Source of the DNA: the human T2T-CHM13v2.0 reference genome, Homo sapiens
DNA: 64,000 bases
Strand: one strand, 5' to 3'
Assembly (NCBI RefSeq): GCF_009914755.1
Contig: NC_060928.1
Position numbers and translations under genes: made by a program. Below the pieces are notes generated by a model. The model was not told the DNA's origin, did no database searches, and saw only the letters and a program-made list of their open reading frames with translations. This document shows positions 13,543 to 28,435 of the stretch, one piece after another (position 1 is the stretch's first letter; each line of letters opens with the position of its first letter).

Positions 13543-15467
13543 CAAAAAATAAAATACCTGTGAATACAACTAACTAGGGAGGTGAAAGATATCTACAAGA
13601 ACTACAAACCACTGCTCAAAGAAATCAGAGATGACACAGACAAATTAAAAAAAAAATTCCATGCTCATGGATAGGAAGTTTCAATATTGTTAAAATGGCC
13701 ATACTACCCAAAGCAATTTATAGATTCAATACCATTCCTATTAAGCTACCACTGATATTCTCAGAACTAGAGAAGGCTATTTTAAAACTCACATGGAACC
13801 AAAAAGGAGTCCAAAGAGCCAAGGCAATCTTAAGCAAAGAGAACAAAGCTGGAGGCATCTTGCTACCTGACTTTAAACTATACTACAGGGCTACAGTAAC
13901 CAAAACAGCATGGTGCTGGAACAAAAACAGACACATAGACCAATAAAACAGAATAGAAAATACAGAAATAAGACCACACACCTACAACTATCTGATCTTC
14001 AAAAAACTTGACCAAAACAAATAATGGGAAAGGATTCTCTGTTCAGTAGATGGTGCTGGAATAACTGGCTAACCATATGCAGAAGATTATAATTGAACCC
14101 CTTCCTTATACCATACACAAAAATTAACTCAAGATGGGTTAAAGACTTAAATTTTAAACCCAAAACTATAAAATCTCTGGATGACAACCTAAACAATACC
14201 ATTCAGGACATAGGCATGCACAAAGATTTCATGACAAAGATGTGAAAGCAATTGCAACAAAAGCAAAAGTTGACAAATGGGTTCTAATTAAACTAAAGAG
14301 CTTCTGCATAGCTAAAGGAACTATGAACAGAGTAAACAGGTAACCCACAGAAGGGGAGAAAATTTTTGCAAACCATTTATCTCACAAAGGTCTAATATCC
14401 AGCATCTATAAAGAACTTAAACAAATTTACAAGAAAAAAACAAAGACCCCATTAGAAAAGTGGGCTAAGGACATGAGCAGATGCTTTTTGAAAGAAGACA
14501 TACATGTGAAAAATAAGCATATGAATAAAAGCTCAATATCATTGATCATTACAGAAATGCAAATCAAAACCACAATGGGATATCATTTCACACCAGACAG
14601 AAGGGCTATTACCAAAATATCAAAAAATAACAGATGCTGGTGAGATTGTGGATAAAAAGGAACGCTTATACACTGTTGTTGGGAGTGTATATTAGTTCAT
14701 CCATCCTGGAAGAGAGTGTGGCAATTCCCCAAAGACCTAAAGGCATTGGGAGACAGTGTGGCAATTCCTCAAAGACCTAAAGACAGTGGGAGATAGTGTG
14801 GCAATTCCTCAAAGACCTAAAGACCTAAAGACAGTGGGAGATAGTGTGGCAATAAAGACAGTGTGGCAATTCCTCTTTAGGTCTTTGAGGAATTGCCACA
14901 TTATCTGTTCCACAATAGCTGAACCATTTGACCAGCAATCCTATTACTGGGTATATAGCCAAAGGAATATAAATCATTCTATTATAAATACACATGCATG
15001 TGCATGTTCATTGCAGTCCTATTCACAATAACAAAGATATGGAATCAATCTAAATGCCCATCTATGATAGACTGGATAAAGAAAGTATGGTACATATATA
15101 CCATGGATTACTATGCAGCTTTAAAAAAGAATGAGATCACGTTTATTGCATGTCCCCACATGGATGGAGCTGGAGGCCATTATCCTTAGCAAGCTAACAC
15201 AGGAACAGAAAACCAAACACCACATATTCTCACTTACAAGTGGGAGTTAAGTGATGAGAACATGTGAACACATAGAGGGGAACAACACTCACTGAAGCCT
15301 TTCAGAGGGTGGAGGGTGGAGGAATGAGAGGATCAGGAAAAATAACTAATGGGTACTAGGCCTAATATGTGAGTGATGAAATAATCTGTACAAAAACCCC
15401 CCATGACACAAATTTACCTATGTAATGTACCTACATTTGTACCCCTGAACTTAAAAGTTAAAAAAAA
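13543..15467 (+). mobile_element. 5'-truncated L1PA13-16-like element (decayed ORF2 3' part plus 3'UTR)
   Basis: ORF 13695-13946 ([19 protein letters not shown]...) is L1 ORF2. The 3'UTR reads 'gagaggatcaggaaaaataactaatgggtactagg...cccctgaacttaaaagttaaaaaaaa'. Confidence 0.95.
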
Positions 15468-15667
15468 GAGAAACTATAATTCCAATTTCTTGTATAGATT
15501 CACACAAACACGCGTGTGTGCGTGCACACACACCCCTCCCTTATATTTCTGACTCCTAGGATTTCTCAATCTCCAATTTATCCATTCTCATGGGATGTTG
15601 GAATTGCAGGTGAGTCCATCTCTTGGGATCCTGTGCTATATTTTCTTACAGAATCTACAAAGGTCTT

Positions 15668-15820
15668 GGCCGGTTACAGTGACTCATGCCTGTAATCTTA
15701 GCACTGGGAGGCTGAGGGTGGAGGATCACTTGAGACCAGGAGTTTGAGACCAGCCTAGGCAACACAGTGAGACTTAGTCTCTATTTGAAAAAAAGTAATT
15801 AAAATTAAAAAAATAAAAAA
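15668..15820 (+). mobile_element. Free left Alu monomer (FLAM_C-like)
   Basis: Single Alu arm with A-rich tail and a degenerate TSD agaatct...aa(a/g)ggtcttg on both sides. Confidence 0.9.
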
Positions 15821-16428
15821 GAATCTCTAAGGGTCTTGTAGGATATAGTCTAGCCCAGAATTTCCAAAGCCTGAAGTTGTTCTAAATCCTTCAGTTGTGA
15901 CCATAGCATTCATTCTTGGACTGGCAGAGCCTTTGAAATTGTATGATTGTTCTTTAATTATCTTTATATAATCATCCAAAAAATGAATCTAGCTTCTTAA
16001 GAAACTGATAAAATTCTATTCCTGAAACCTATTTTTGACACTCATTTTCAATTTAATAAACATATACTGTCCCTAGGTTGTGTTATCTGACAGCATGCCC
16101 ACAATAGAAAAGAGAGACAATTGACAACTGTGACTTCCTTGCTATATCTTTAGATTTCTGGTATCACTCCCATATCATTATGCTTAAAGATTAAATTAGG
16201 GCCTGATCATTTGCACTATTGTTCCAATTGCATAGCAGTATTGATAAAACTGGGCTTTTGGCTTACCTCTACAGAGATAATTTAGTCGAGGATACATCTT
16301 TGGGTAAAAAGCATGCAACAGTCTTGCCCCCACAGATAACAATCCTATTGAAGGTGTGACTTGCCTATTTCAGTCCCGACAGATATTGAGTTTCAACAAA
16401 GCTACACATAGCATTCAACATGACAATT

Positions 16429-16717
<289 letters not shown>

Positions 16718-16729
16718 TTACAATTGGAG

Positions 16730-18372
16730 TTCTTCCAGATGAAGTAAGCACAACATACCTTTCCTCTTCCACTATGTCTATAAACCCTGGATAGAACGCA
16801 AGCTATAACCTTATAGAATATAGCTATAAACCCTGGACAGAATGCATGAAGCAACCATCAGAGGATGAATCAGGAGGATTGAGAAGATGATAGGAATTCA
16901 AAGTATGCCTCAAACCATGGTGAGTTTACCATTTTTATTTCCTCTGGTATCCCTGGGCTGAAATGAAGTACCAAACACCCTTAAGTGATCACACATCGGT
17001 GATCATACTGGTGCAAAACTGCTCCAGGAAAATCCTCCAGTTCTGGCTTGAGGAGCTAGACAAGATACTCTTAATGCTTGGAGAGAGTGTATAATCAACT
17101 CCCAAGCCCCTCCACACCCAAGCAATTCTGTGTTCAAGGAGGTAGCAGTGGCAAGGAGGTGGCAGTGGCAACAACAGCCTTTGGAGCTAAAATAGGGAGC
17201 AAGAGATGGGAACCTGCCTCTCCATTAGAGCCCCAAGAGGATGAGGCAAACCATTTCATTTTATTTCTTTCTCTTCTTCCTTACTTGACTCCAGGCACAG
17301 GTGTAGATGTAGCATGTGTAGCAGAGTACAGTAATTAAACCCCCTGCTTCCTGGCCTATGGCAAGACCCGGAAGAACTAGAAAGTGCCATGGAGACAGTG
17401 GAAAGGAAGGAACTAGCAATAGTGAGTCATGCCTAATGATGTTTATGAATTTGTACATTTGCTCACAGCTGCACGTGAGTGACTCTGATCCTATTCATCA
17501 TATCAAAGATGTTGAGAATTGAACTAAAGAATTATTACATTCATGGGATAGATTCAAACAGACCTGCAAGTCTTTGAAAATTGACATGGCATTGGAACCA
17601 CAGAATGGGGATTGGAATATGTTATCTACTTAACTGAGTCAACTTCCAATTAAAACATAGACATCAACATATATATATATATATACACACACACATATAT
17701 TTATATATCAGATATATGATGTATGTCATATATATGTTATATGTGCAATCCAGGGCTCAAACAAGACTTTGAGTTTTATAACTTTATATTCAAAATGATC
17801 AGGATATAATTAAAAATGACTGGATATGTGAAATACAAGAAATAACTAACAAGGAAAAGCAACAGATGCCAACACTAAGATGACACAGATGTTGGAATTA
17901 TCTGACCAAAGGTTTTAAGGCAGATACAGGTGCCACAACAAGCAAACACAACACTCTTGAAATCGATAAAACAACTGGAAGCATCAGTAAGAAAACAAAC
18001 TATATAAGAAGTATGGAAATTATATAACAGAAAAGCACAATAAGGAAAAATATTCAGTACAATAGAAGAATGGAAATAATAGAGCAAAGTATCAGTGAAT
18101 TTGAAGACAGATCAATAGACATTAACCAATTTGAATTAGAGTGAAAAACAACTGAAAACAAACAGATAACACATCTTCAGAGACTGTGCAACAATAACAA
18201 AATGTCTCACATCCATGACATTGGAATTTCAGAAAGGGAGGAGAAAGATTGTGGTGTTAGGGGAATATTTTAAAGAAATAATAGCTGAAAACATCTCACT
18301 ATTGGTGAAACATATAAATTCACAGATTCTGGAAGCTCAGTGAATCCCAAACAAGATAAACCCCTTCAAAAA
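16730..18372 (+). mobile_element. Ancient L1 5'UTR/ORF1 remnant
   Basis: ORF1-like 'atcagtgaatttgaagacagatcaatagac', 'aaagaaataatagctgaaaac', 'aagctcagtgaatcccaaacaagataaa'. The 5' boundary is approximate. Confidence 0.7.
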
Positions 18373-18611
18373 ATCCTGATGCTCTTACATCTTTTTTCAC
18401 TCTGTTCCATTCCTCTCGCATCTTGTCTTTGCAATTTTCACACACGCTGTCACCACTTTTCCCCAAATTCCTTGCTTGGTGCATCCCACAAGCTTTTTCT
18501 TACCCTCCCTCCACTTTTCTTGACTATTTATCATGGAAGCCCAACAGATAATCTTCAAAGGCAGAAAGCAAGCTCTGTGAGAACAGAGGAAAGGTAGACA
18601 TTGAGATTTTG

Positions 18612-19086
18612 TGTTAGTATCCTATCGTTGCTATAAAAAGTTTCCCTAAACCTAGTGGCTTAAACAACACACATTTATTGTTTTACACTCCTGGGGGACA
18701 GAAGTCTAACTGGGCTAAAACAAATAAATTAGCAGGGCTGCAATCCTTTGGAGGCTCTAGGAAAGTATTGCTTCCTTGTCTTCTCCAGCTTCGGGAGGCT
18801 AGTCAACTTCTTTGGCTCATGACCATCTTCCATATTAAAAGCCAGCAATCGTATATCCAACCTCTGCTTCTGTTATCATATGCCCTTCTCTACCTCTCTC
18901 TTTCCCTTATGAGGATCCTTGTGATTATATTGGGCTCACCTGGATTATTAAGCATAGTCTTCCTACCTCAAGATTCTACATTAAATGACACCTACAAAGT
19001 ATCTTTTGCCTTACGAAGAAACTGATTCACAGTATTGGGGGTTAGGAGGCAGACATCTTTGGAGGGTCATTATTCTGCCTACCACA
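18612..19086 (-). mobile_element. MLT1 (C/D-like) solo LTR
   Basis: 'tgttagtatcctatcgttgcta...agtggcttaaacaacacacatttatt' through 'ttattctgcctaccaca'. Confidence 0.85.
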
Positions 19087-20808
19087 GTAGTCAAAGCCAA
19101 AATCCTTAATGATGAGGTGGAGATGAAAGGTAAAAACAAACAAACAAACAAAAAAACAAGTAATACTTTTTGTCCTATCACGTCTTCCTTTCAGACTTTT
19201 CTATTTGCCCTTGGCCTTTTGAAATTTCATTGAGATAACACCAGATATGAGCTTGTTTTTATTCATCTTTCTTCAAAAGAGGTTTTTCTTGTTTTAAGCT
19301 CTGATAATTATTTCTGCATTTTATTTGATTATTTGCTTTCTTTCATGTCTCTGATTTCTGCAGTGCCTATTTAAAAGGCTTTTGATTTTTTTTTCTATCC
19401 TCATTGCTTCTGAATATTTTTTTTGTCATAGTTTCCATTCTCCTTTTGCTTTTAATTCTGGGGGAATCATTTGGCTTCTTTTTCTGCTTACTGATTTCCC
19501 TCTTTCTCTACTTCAGTCTAATAATCAAATTTTAAATTTCTTTTCCTTTCAAAGTATTTCTATTTTCTATTATCTTTACCCTCTTTCACTCCACCATCAT
19601 GCATCCAATTTCCTCTGAGGAAATTGGTAATTCATTATATTTTAGTTTCCAATGTTTTCCTTTTTTTCCTGTAATAACTTTCTTTTTACTAATGTTGCCT
19701 TGTGTTGAGTATGGTGAATTATTTCATGGTGCCAGGTGTCCTCAATTTCCTCTTGATCCTTAATTTACTGCTCATTATTTTATTGGAGGATTGCTGTTCA
19801 CCTGTCCACAGATGCTGTGGATGCTGTGGATCCTGGAAGTCAGTAGCTATTTAAAACGTTGTTCTGTTTCTATTTCCAGACATTGCTTGTGCCTAGTAAC
19901 AAACACTGTTTCCACCAGCTGTCCAGCATAGGGAGTGAGGCCAATCTGCCCAGCTACTCTTGAGTCTGTAATCCTGACAGTTGTCCTCAGTCTCCCTCCA
20001 ATTGCTGCTGCAACTACTCCCACCTCCATAGCAGTGTTCTGTGCATTTTTAGACCTGTGATTGGTTCCCTTTTTTGCTTGTTCTCTGTCGTTCTGATCAC
20101 ATTTATTTTCTCTCTGTGAGGAATTTCTCACACATTCTGGTAAGTTCATAGCTATTTATTATTTTCCAGTGAGGGATATCATATATTTTCCTCACACATT
20201 CCAGTAACTTGACAGCACTATATTTTTTTCAATGAGGGCTATTATATAAAAATTTTTTAATGTGCCTTTTCTTATTTCATGCATTTTTTGTTGTTTAATT
20301 TTCACTACATACCCTTATTCAATTTGCCAACACCTTATCTTACTTAAAGTCCCCACATAAATTTGTTTCCTCTGGTAGATTTTTTTTCTGATTATTTTCT
20401 TCTTAGAAATATGCCCCTGTAATAATCTCCCAAACCAACTGGCCTTTCTCCTTCTTCCTGCTCATCAACTTGATACTAGTTCAATGCTCTGCACTAGATA
20501 AGTGGCAAGAGAATGAATTTGGTCTTTCTGGCTATCTGCTGTAATCACATTTATTAGATCACTCAGCACATAATAGTAACAGATTTTTCAATTTAAAAAT
20601 TATTTTCTTCTTGAAACTATCCTATTTTATTAAAGGTGGGTGAGTAACTGAAACAACAAATGGGGTGATCACCAGCACCACTGATGAACAGGGAACCAGG
20701 TACAGTGTGTTGCAGGGAACATAAAGCTAACAGGCATCTAATCATGGCAAAAACACAGGGAAAGCTGTACGTAACCTTGTTACATATATTTAATATTTAT
20801 GAGAGAAG

Positions 20809-21206
20809 TATCTTAGTCCATTTTGAACTGCTACAACAGAGTCACAGACTGAGTAACTTATAAACATAAATTTATTTCTCATGATTCTGGAGAACAGGAA
20901 GTCCAAGATCAAGAGGGTGGCATCTTGTGAGGGCCTTCTTGCTATGTCATCTCATGGCAGAAAGCAAGAGAGGAAAATAGTACACCTATGTGTGTGGAGG
21001 TGAGGGCAAACTTGCTCCAACAAAACCACTCCTGCAATAAGAAAAACACTCCCTGGATAACAGCATGAATCCACATGAATCCATTCAGGAGGGCAGACCG
21101 CTCATAAACCAAGTCAGCTCTCTTTAGGTCCCACCTCCCAATACTGTCGTATTGAGGATTCAGTTTCCAACACATCCTTTATGGGTGATACATTTAAAGC
21201 ATAACA
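20809..21206 (-). mobile_element. MST-family MaLR solo LTR
   Basis: 'tatcttagtccatttt...aagtccaagatcaag...ccacctcccaatactg...ataaca'. Flanks agaag/ggaag match at 4 of 5 positions. Confidence 0.88.
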
Positions 21207-23954
21207 GGAAGTTTTTCAAATTAAAGGAAAAGAGATGAATAATTCAGTAAATAATGTTGAAATTATTAATTAGCAATTTATGAAGAAATATATTTATACC
21301 TTTACATTATGCCATATTCCAAAAATAAATTTCAAATTATTAATTAACATAAAAATAGATGAAATACATTAATGTTTATCCAACATATGCAAGAACATGA
21401 CATTCTAAACTTCAAAGCTGTAGAAGAAAACACAAGGGAAATTAAAATTGACCAGATAAAAAATTAAAATATTCATATGATTTACAAAATGCAAAACAAA
21501 AGGAAAAAATTTGCAGTGAATTTCAGCTTAATGAATAAATTAAAATAATTAATGCAGTTTAATTTTAACTTCCTGTAAATATAAAAATGGGTAGGAAAGT
21601 AACTCTAATTCTGCTAGTGAAACCAAAAACGTAAGCAATTCAACAAAACAAAAACAATGTCACATATTTATTAACTCTAAGAAATGAAATTAAAAATCCA
21701 CGAATGTCTCTCATCTTTCATTCTAGTTCTTTTACCAACTGGGCATATTGACATCAAATAAATTTAAGCACTTAAAGTAGACAGTCACATCTCTGATAAA
21801 CATGCACACACACATGAGTGCCTCAATTTCAGCACTAACATGCAATAAATTAAGCTGAATTCCTTATAAATCACAAATTTGGAAAGAATATTTTTGAAAA
21901 AAAGATGAATAAATTACTGAAATTTGGGAAAAAACTGGAATCAGAAAATACTTTGAGAAAAAATAGCACATGATATTTACATTGAAGAATGGTTCAAATG
22001 AAGTTCTATTGCATGATGCAGAATGTGCTGAAATTCTCACTTCTTAGTAAATGTTATAAAGGCTATTTGAAATTCTGGCCTCCAGGGAACCAATGAGGAA
22101 TGAAGTTTTCAATGGGACCGTTGAGTCATAGTAAGTGACAGGATAGTCAGTACTTGTTCTCATATAGGAACAACCCTAGTCATTCTCATAAGATAACAGT
22201 GTTGATATCAAGACGCAAGTACTTTAAGAGTGAACATTTTCAAATGAGATACTGGCATTCATGGCAATGTACAGTGGTTTATTTCCTGAATAAATATGAG
22301 TTTTCTATTGAATTTCGCTACATGTAGTCACAGCCTGAGCATTAATGCTCAGAAGAGCTACTGAAGGAAGTTTATGGGATCCAATCTTTGACGATCTCTG
22401 AAGATTAGGAATTTAAAGCTACCAAATGCTGCATGTAGGGTAGTGGTGGTGGGATGAAAGATATTGTGGTTTGATTTCTGCATAACCCTTTCAAAATATT
22501 CAAATGATTGCATTAAGCCTTTTCAATGCATCCTCCCTGAAACGCACTTCCTCCACTGAGTAAAAGACCCATGGCAGAAATGATCATTTTATTGGTGCTC
22601 ACTGCCAGCTTGTTTCTTGTGATGGATCTTGACACAAAGGAATTAAAGGTTTTGTTTTGCACAAAAAAAAATGTGTGTGGTTATTTTTATGTTTTAATCA
22701 CCAATTCATTTAAAAACAAAAATATCTACAATATCCATGCCCTTCCTGTAGACAGTGTTATGACTACATCAAGGCTGATTGTGCTCCAGTAAGCAATGGA
22801 ATTAATTAGTTACAAAAATTATGTTAGGCATGGCGACATACTAGTATTATTTCAGACAAATTATTCTGACGAAAAAATAGTTACTGCAGAAACAAGAAAG
22901 GAAATTCTTGACAGTAAGGCTGCATGCATTGAACCAGTTCTAGAAAAAAGAATAAAGACTATTTAAGGAACCATCTAAATGTTTCTTCCTTGGTCTCCCT
23001 TTCTGTTTTTCCAAACAATTCCTTTCAGTTAGCCATTGGCCTTATCCTCTTGCTGTTCTAGACCTTAGTGACACTCTGGTGGCACCCCATTAGGGCCTGC
23101 CTCTGGACTCTACCTGTCTTCACACCCACATAACTACAGATTTTTCTCATTCCTTCAAGGCCCTTCTGGGTGACTGGCTGGGTATTGCTGAAAAAACCAC
23201 ATTAAGTTGTCAATGACACCTTCCTATGTTCCATCTTTCAGGAGAAAAGCCACAAATTAGGATCATTTCAGGTTCTCTGGTGCAAGGCTGAGTTTTTATT
23301 GTTTTTGCTTTTATTGCTGTTTTGTGGTTGATGTGTGTAGGTGGAGGAGGAGAGGTTGAATTAAGAAAATACACAAACATTTAATACTATATCTTCTAGG
23401 CAGGTTTCAAAAGAGTAGTCATGGAAATCAAAATACGAGATCACTAGAACTATTTTGTTTTCCAGCCCGGTATTTAAACTTTGAAGTTGAGTGTCATTAG
23501 GCTAGGCATGACTTCTGCAGTTCTCTATAATCCCTCTCTAGCCTTCAGGGCTGATTTATAGGACTGCTTGGCCGTTGAAAGCATGTGAATGTCCAACCAC
23601 TGGCACAAGCCTGTGTCTCTCACTTATAATGACTAGACTCCCTTTGCTTAATTTAAACATTTCCTGACTTTAAATTTCACAAGAAATAAAAATATAAACC
23701 AAATATTTATGTCTAGAAATAAATTGTATTAGATGAGAGGCTTGGAACCTCCATTTTCCAGGTTTACCATTTATATAAATAAAGTTATTTGGAAAATGAC
23801 TCTATTTTATTTCCTTCTTTGCCTTAGAAGAGTGTTGGTGTGTAGTTCACTTAAAATAATGATTGCAAATATCCTTTTATTTTTATTAGCTGCTGTCTCA
23901 GCCTGGTTTACAACAACCTGTTTGTTGAATATATATTCCATTATGACACTTAGT

Positions 23955-24090
23955 GTCAGGACTAGCATGAAGCAAACCTGGCACAAGGACTCTAAATTTA
24001 AGGAGACATTCTCACCCAGGTGACACCCATGTACTTGCAGAATCCTGAGCATCCTGCCTCCTCAATTTTTGAGCCTTAGGCACCTCATTC
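23955..24090. mobile_element. MER96 palindromic hAT MITE (decayed)
   Basis: 'ggactagcatgaagcaa...aaatttaaggagaca' and the reverse-complementary arm 'tgcctcctcaatttttgagccttaggcacctca'. Confidence 0.65.
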
Positions 24091-25560
24091 TTTAGAAGGA
24101 ATTTATAGTAATCTTACTTATATTAATCATTAAAAATCCATGGTTTAGCCATATGAATATAGTATAATTAGCTTAGCTAGATTAATAATAATTTTTCAAT
24201 GTTCTCAATTACTATGCCAAAAATAAGTTCAAATTTTAAGAAGAGGGGACACGTGGTGATCTGGTCCCTGTTTCTAAAATAAAATCAATGAATTTTATCT
24301 CTGGGTGCTCTTTTTACAAAGAACTTTGTAAGACTCAAGGACAAAGATATTAGTACCCACTCACTTCTCTTCACCTTCTTGGCTCCACTGTGGTCCAAAG
24401 GACAATGGGACTATTGCCTTAGCCTTCCAATTTGCATCCACTGTAAAAGAGTGATCATTCTTCTCAATGTCTTATGGGACATAGTATAGTTCTCTTTTGC
24501 TGTAAACTGTTAGGTCCATTTGTCATTTTGAGGCTTTACGATAACCATGGAGTGAATACTCCCCTAGACATTACTGGCACAAAGGATACGGGGGAGAGGC
24601 CATTGTCAATTTAGGTACCAAAGTAGAAGAAATGGTAATTGACTCCATTAGGACAGGTTTTTCTTAGCAACTATCAAAAATAACTAAGGCAGGCATTGTT
24701 AGGTGACTGAAGGGTTGCACTCTGCCAGTGGGGCAATATCTTAGGAAAATTTGAGTATTACTATTATTATGACCTCCTAGGTACCCACCTGCTAGTAAGA
24801 TTGAGTTCATGTAGGTTATTTTAAAAGAATATATGTTAAACAAACTTCATCTCGTTGTTTCTCTCAATATTAGGTGCTAAGTACTTACAATAATATAGCT
24901 GCCTAATATGGCTTGCATATTTAATTAGAAGATACAACATTTATAAACCATATTAGAAAATAAAGTTTTATTTAAATTACATGCTTTTTCATTTACAAGA
25001 AAAATGGAAAGAATAATCTGTTTTATCTCAAGACATATTAGACATACCTTTCTTCCCTTTCCACTGAAAAATTTAATGACTAAGTAAAACTATTTTAGAA
25101 TAACTGAATCTAAAATTATCCTGAAATTTTCAGGTAATCATTAGCAATTAATATTTGAGTGCCTATGGTATATTACATACTGGATACTATTAGCTATTAT
25201 TTGGAATATATTCTGCTTACGTTCTTCCTCCACCATGTAAGTTCATCATTTTCCCTTCTATTTAAGTTTTCTTTTTAATCTTACTTTCAGGTAAAACATA
25301 ATTAGTTTTTTAATCATAAATTATTTTTCTAAGCACTTAAGAAGTATTTAAAAATGTTTAGTAACATGTTTTATATGTTTAGAAAAATGTTGGAATTTTG
25401 ACTGGAAATAAATCTATGCATCAATTTGAAAATGATCACTAGCTTAAGTTACTGTGTCTTCCTGTTGTGAATATAACATAGATCTTCATTAAATTTTGAC
25501 TTATTTAATGGTTTTCAGTTGAATTTTTCCAGGTTCTCTATAAAAGTCTTCCACAATTTC

Positions 25561-25861
25561 TTATTTTTTTGAGACAATATCTCTCTCTGTCACTCTGTGG
25601 GTGGAGTACATTTGCACAATCATAGTTCACTGCCGCCATGAACTCATGGGCTGAAGTGATTATCCCACCTCAGCATCCCAAGCAGCTGGGAGTAGAGGCG
25701 TGTGCAACCATGCTCAGAAAATTCATTTTTATTTTTATTTTTTTAGAGACAGAGTCTGGCTATGTTGCCTAGACTGGTCGAAAACTCCTAGTGTCAAGTG
25801 ATCCCAGCTCCTTAGCCTCCCCAGAAGCTGGGATTACAGAGGTAAGCCACCGCCCTCGGCT
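25561..25861 (-). mobile_element. AluJ
   Basis: Diverged antisense dimer with J-type 'atcatagttcactgc' and 'gctatgttgcc'. Confidence 0.92.
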
Positions 25862-26597
25862 CCAAAATCTTTTGCTAGATTTACACACATATGTTTATAC
25901 ATACACTTCTTCTAGGTGTTTTGATATAGTATATTTAATTTTGTTAAGTATAAAATATTTCTCAAATTCTTATGATTTCTTCATTAACCTCGATTTTTCA
26001 AAGGTTAAATTTAAATCATATGTAATATTTTATTTATATGTTTATTGTACTAAATGCACAAAATTTATGAATTTTAAATTTTTCCACATGAATGGAAATA
26101 TTTACTATTAGGGTCTGACTTGTTTTGTCCATGATAATTATTTTTTAACTAAAAATATCCATTTTCTGTTATTAAGGCATTAATTACTTTGTCAGATATT
26201 TTCCTCATCATTTTCTAACTTTATTCTTGTGAAGTTATGTTTTAAATGCATCTATTGAAAACATAGTTTGCTTTTGTTTTCTTGACCAATTTGACCATCT
26301 CCTATTTTAAAAAGCAGTTTAATTTTATTTATATGTCTTGTGATTACTGATGCACTTGGATATACTCGAATTACCTTATTTTGTTTAATATTAGTGGCAC
26401 TTTTTATATGCTTACATGCTTCTCCTTCCTTATAATTTAAATTGAACTTTTCCTAGTAACTGTTTGAATTAAACACTGTCTATCTTATGCTTGCAAATGA
26501 ATTTTCATTCATATTTCACTTAACATAGTATGTTAATCAATATATCTACCCAAATAGGTCAAAATTAAAGAAAATTAGGATATATTAACTTTAATAA

Positions 26598-26961
<364 letters not shown>

Positions 26962-27899
26962 ACCATTATTGTTTAATATTTAACTTCCTCCATGTTTTAT
27001 TGCAAAAATTACATATGAAGGGATTTGTTCAATAAAATCAATATTTGTTGAAATTACCCTTGTTTGTTAGTGTATTTCCTACTTGTTCTTTCTTGCTATC
27101 CATTTACCTTTAAGCTCGATGTTTTTCTTTCTTGAAGTTCATCCACTGGAAGTTGTTTTGGTAAGTTTCTGTTTGTCTGAATTGTCTTTATTTCAACCTC
27201 TTGGATTTATACTTTAGCTTTATACACACTTCTAACTTAACAAATATTTTTCTTTAGCAATACTAAGGTATGTTTGCACTGTCTCCTTAATTCCAAAATT
27301 GTTTTTTGGAATTGAGCTATCAGGGTAATTGTCTTTACTCTGTAAGGTAATCTGTTTGAAAGTTTCTAAGGTTCTTAATTGTTCAGTAATTTTCTTTGAT
27401 TTGTTTAGAAGTGAATTCCAGTTATTTGTGGTATGTGGGATCCACTGGACTTGCTAAATCCGAAGAGTCACAATGCCATTGGTTCCTGAAAATTCTTGTT
27501 GCTATATTTTCAAAATGACCTCTTCTCAGTTTTTCTAATTTCATGTGGATCTGCAATTAGATGCATAGCAGGCCATCTCCCTCTGAACTGTTCCTATTTT
27601 TCATCTTAATTGCCGTTTTTATGTACTTTTCCATTTGTGAATCCATTTGTAGAAAGGACCACTTTACGTTTTTGTCCTGACCTGGGGTTTCAAAGAATGA
27701 CCAGCATAATGATAGGTATTCAGGGGAGAGAAGACTTGTGCTTTCAAGTATTCATGGGTTACCAGCTCATGAATGCCAGACCATAGTATGAAAACGATAA
27801 ATTTTCAGGCATTCATTCTCTTATGTCAAAAAGAGGATTATTTGATTCTAGGCCTCCCTTTACCTGAATCTGAGATCCTTGGGTTTATGCAGGAATCTC

Positions 27900-28435
27900 A
27901 GATTTATACCAATGAAGAATAAATTCAGTGATAAATAACAAACCCCAAATAGTGGTAGCTTACACACACACACATACATACACACAAATAACACAAATAG
28001 ATTCATTTTCTACCAGAAAAAATAATCTGAAAGTAGTTAGTGCAGGACAGACATGATGATTCCATAGCTGTTATGAACCCAGTTTTCTTCTACATTTACA
28101 CTCCCAGCTTTAAGACAAAGCATTAATGATGAAGGCTACTAATTGCAAATGAGGGATACAACCTCATGCTCCCTGTTCCTGACAGAAAGAAGAGAAAGCA
28201 AGGGAAAAATATTCTCCTAACTGCTGACTCCTATAAAGAGATGTAATATGATAGTCACCCAATACCTACCACTTGTGTCACACTGGCCAGAATTTATGTG
28301 CCCATCATTACTTCCCTCTGGGAAAATGGCTGTTAGTCTGTAGCTGGGCACGCTGCCACCGAAATAAAATTGGGGTTCAGTAATTAAGATTAATGGGGAA
28401 AGTACATAGGGCAGGCAACAAGCATTCTCTGCCAC
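27900..28435 (-). mobile_element. Old MLT1 (J-like) LTR
   Basis: 'ataacaaaccccaaatagtggtagctta', 'ctggccagaatttatg', 'tagctgggcacgctgccacc', ending 'ctctgccac'. Confidence 0.65.

Noticed and set aside
14711-14924. CRISPR-like repeat array
   Set aside because: The units are L1-derived, have no unique spacers and lie in a primate genome.
23066-23086. Second CTCF-like motif
   Set aside because: Two mismatches in the conserved GGC part of the core.
24240-24800. Possible retroviral protease-like remnant on the minus strand
   Set aside because: Only one weak LDHSGA-like reading, with no collinear support.
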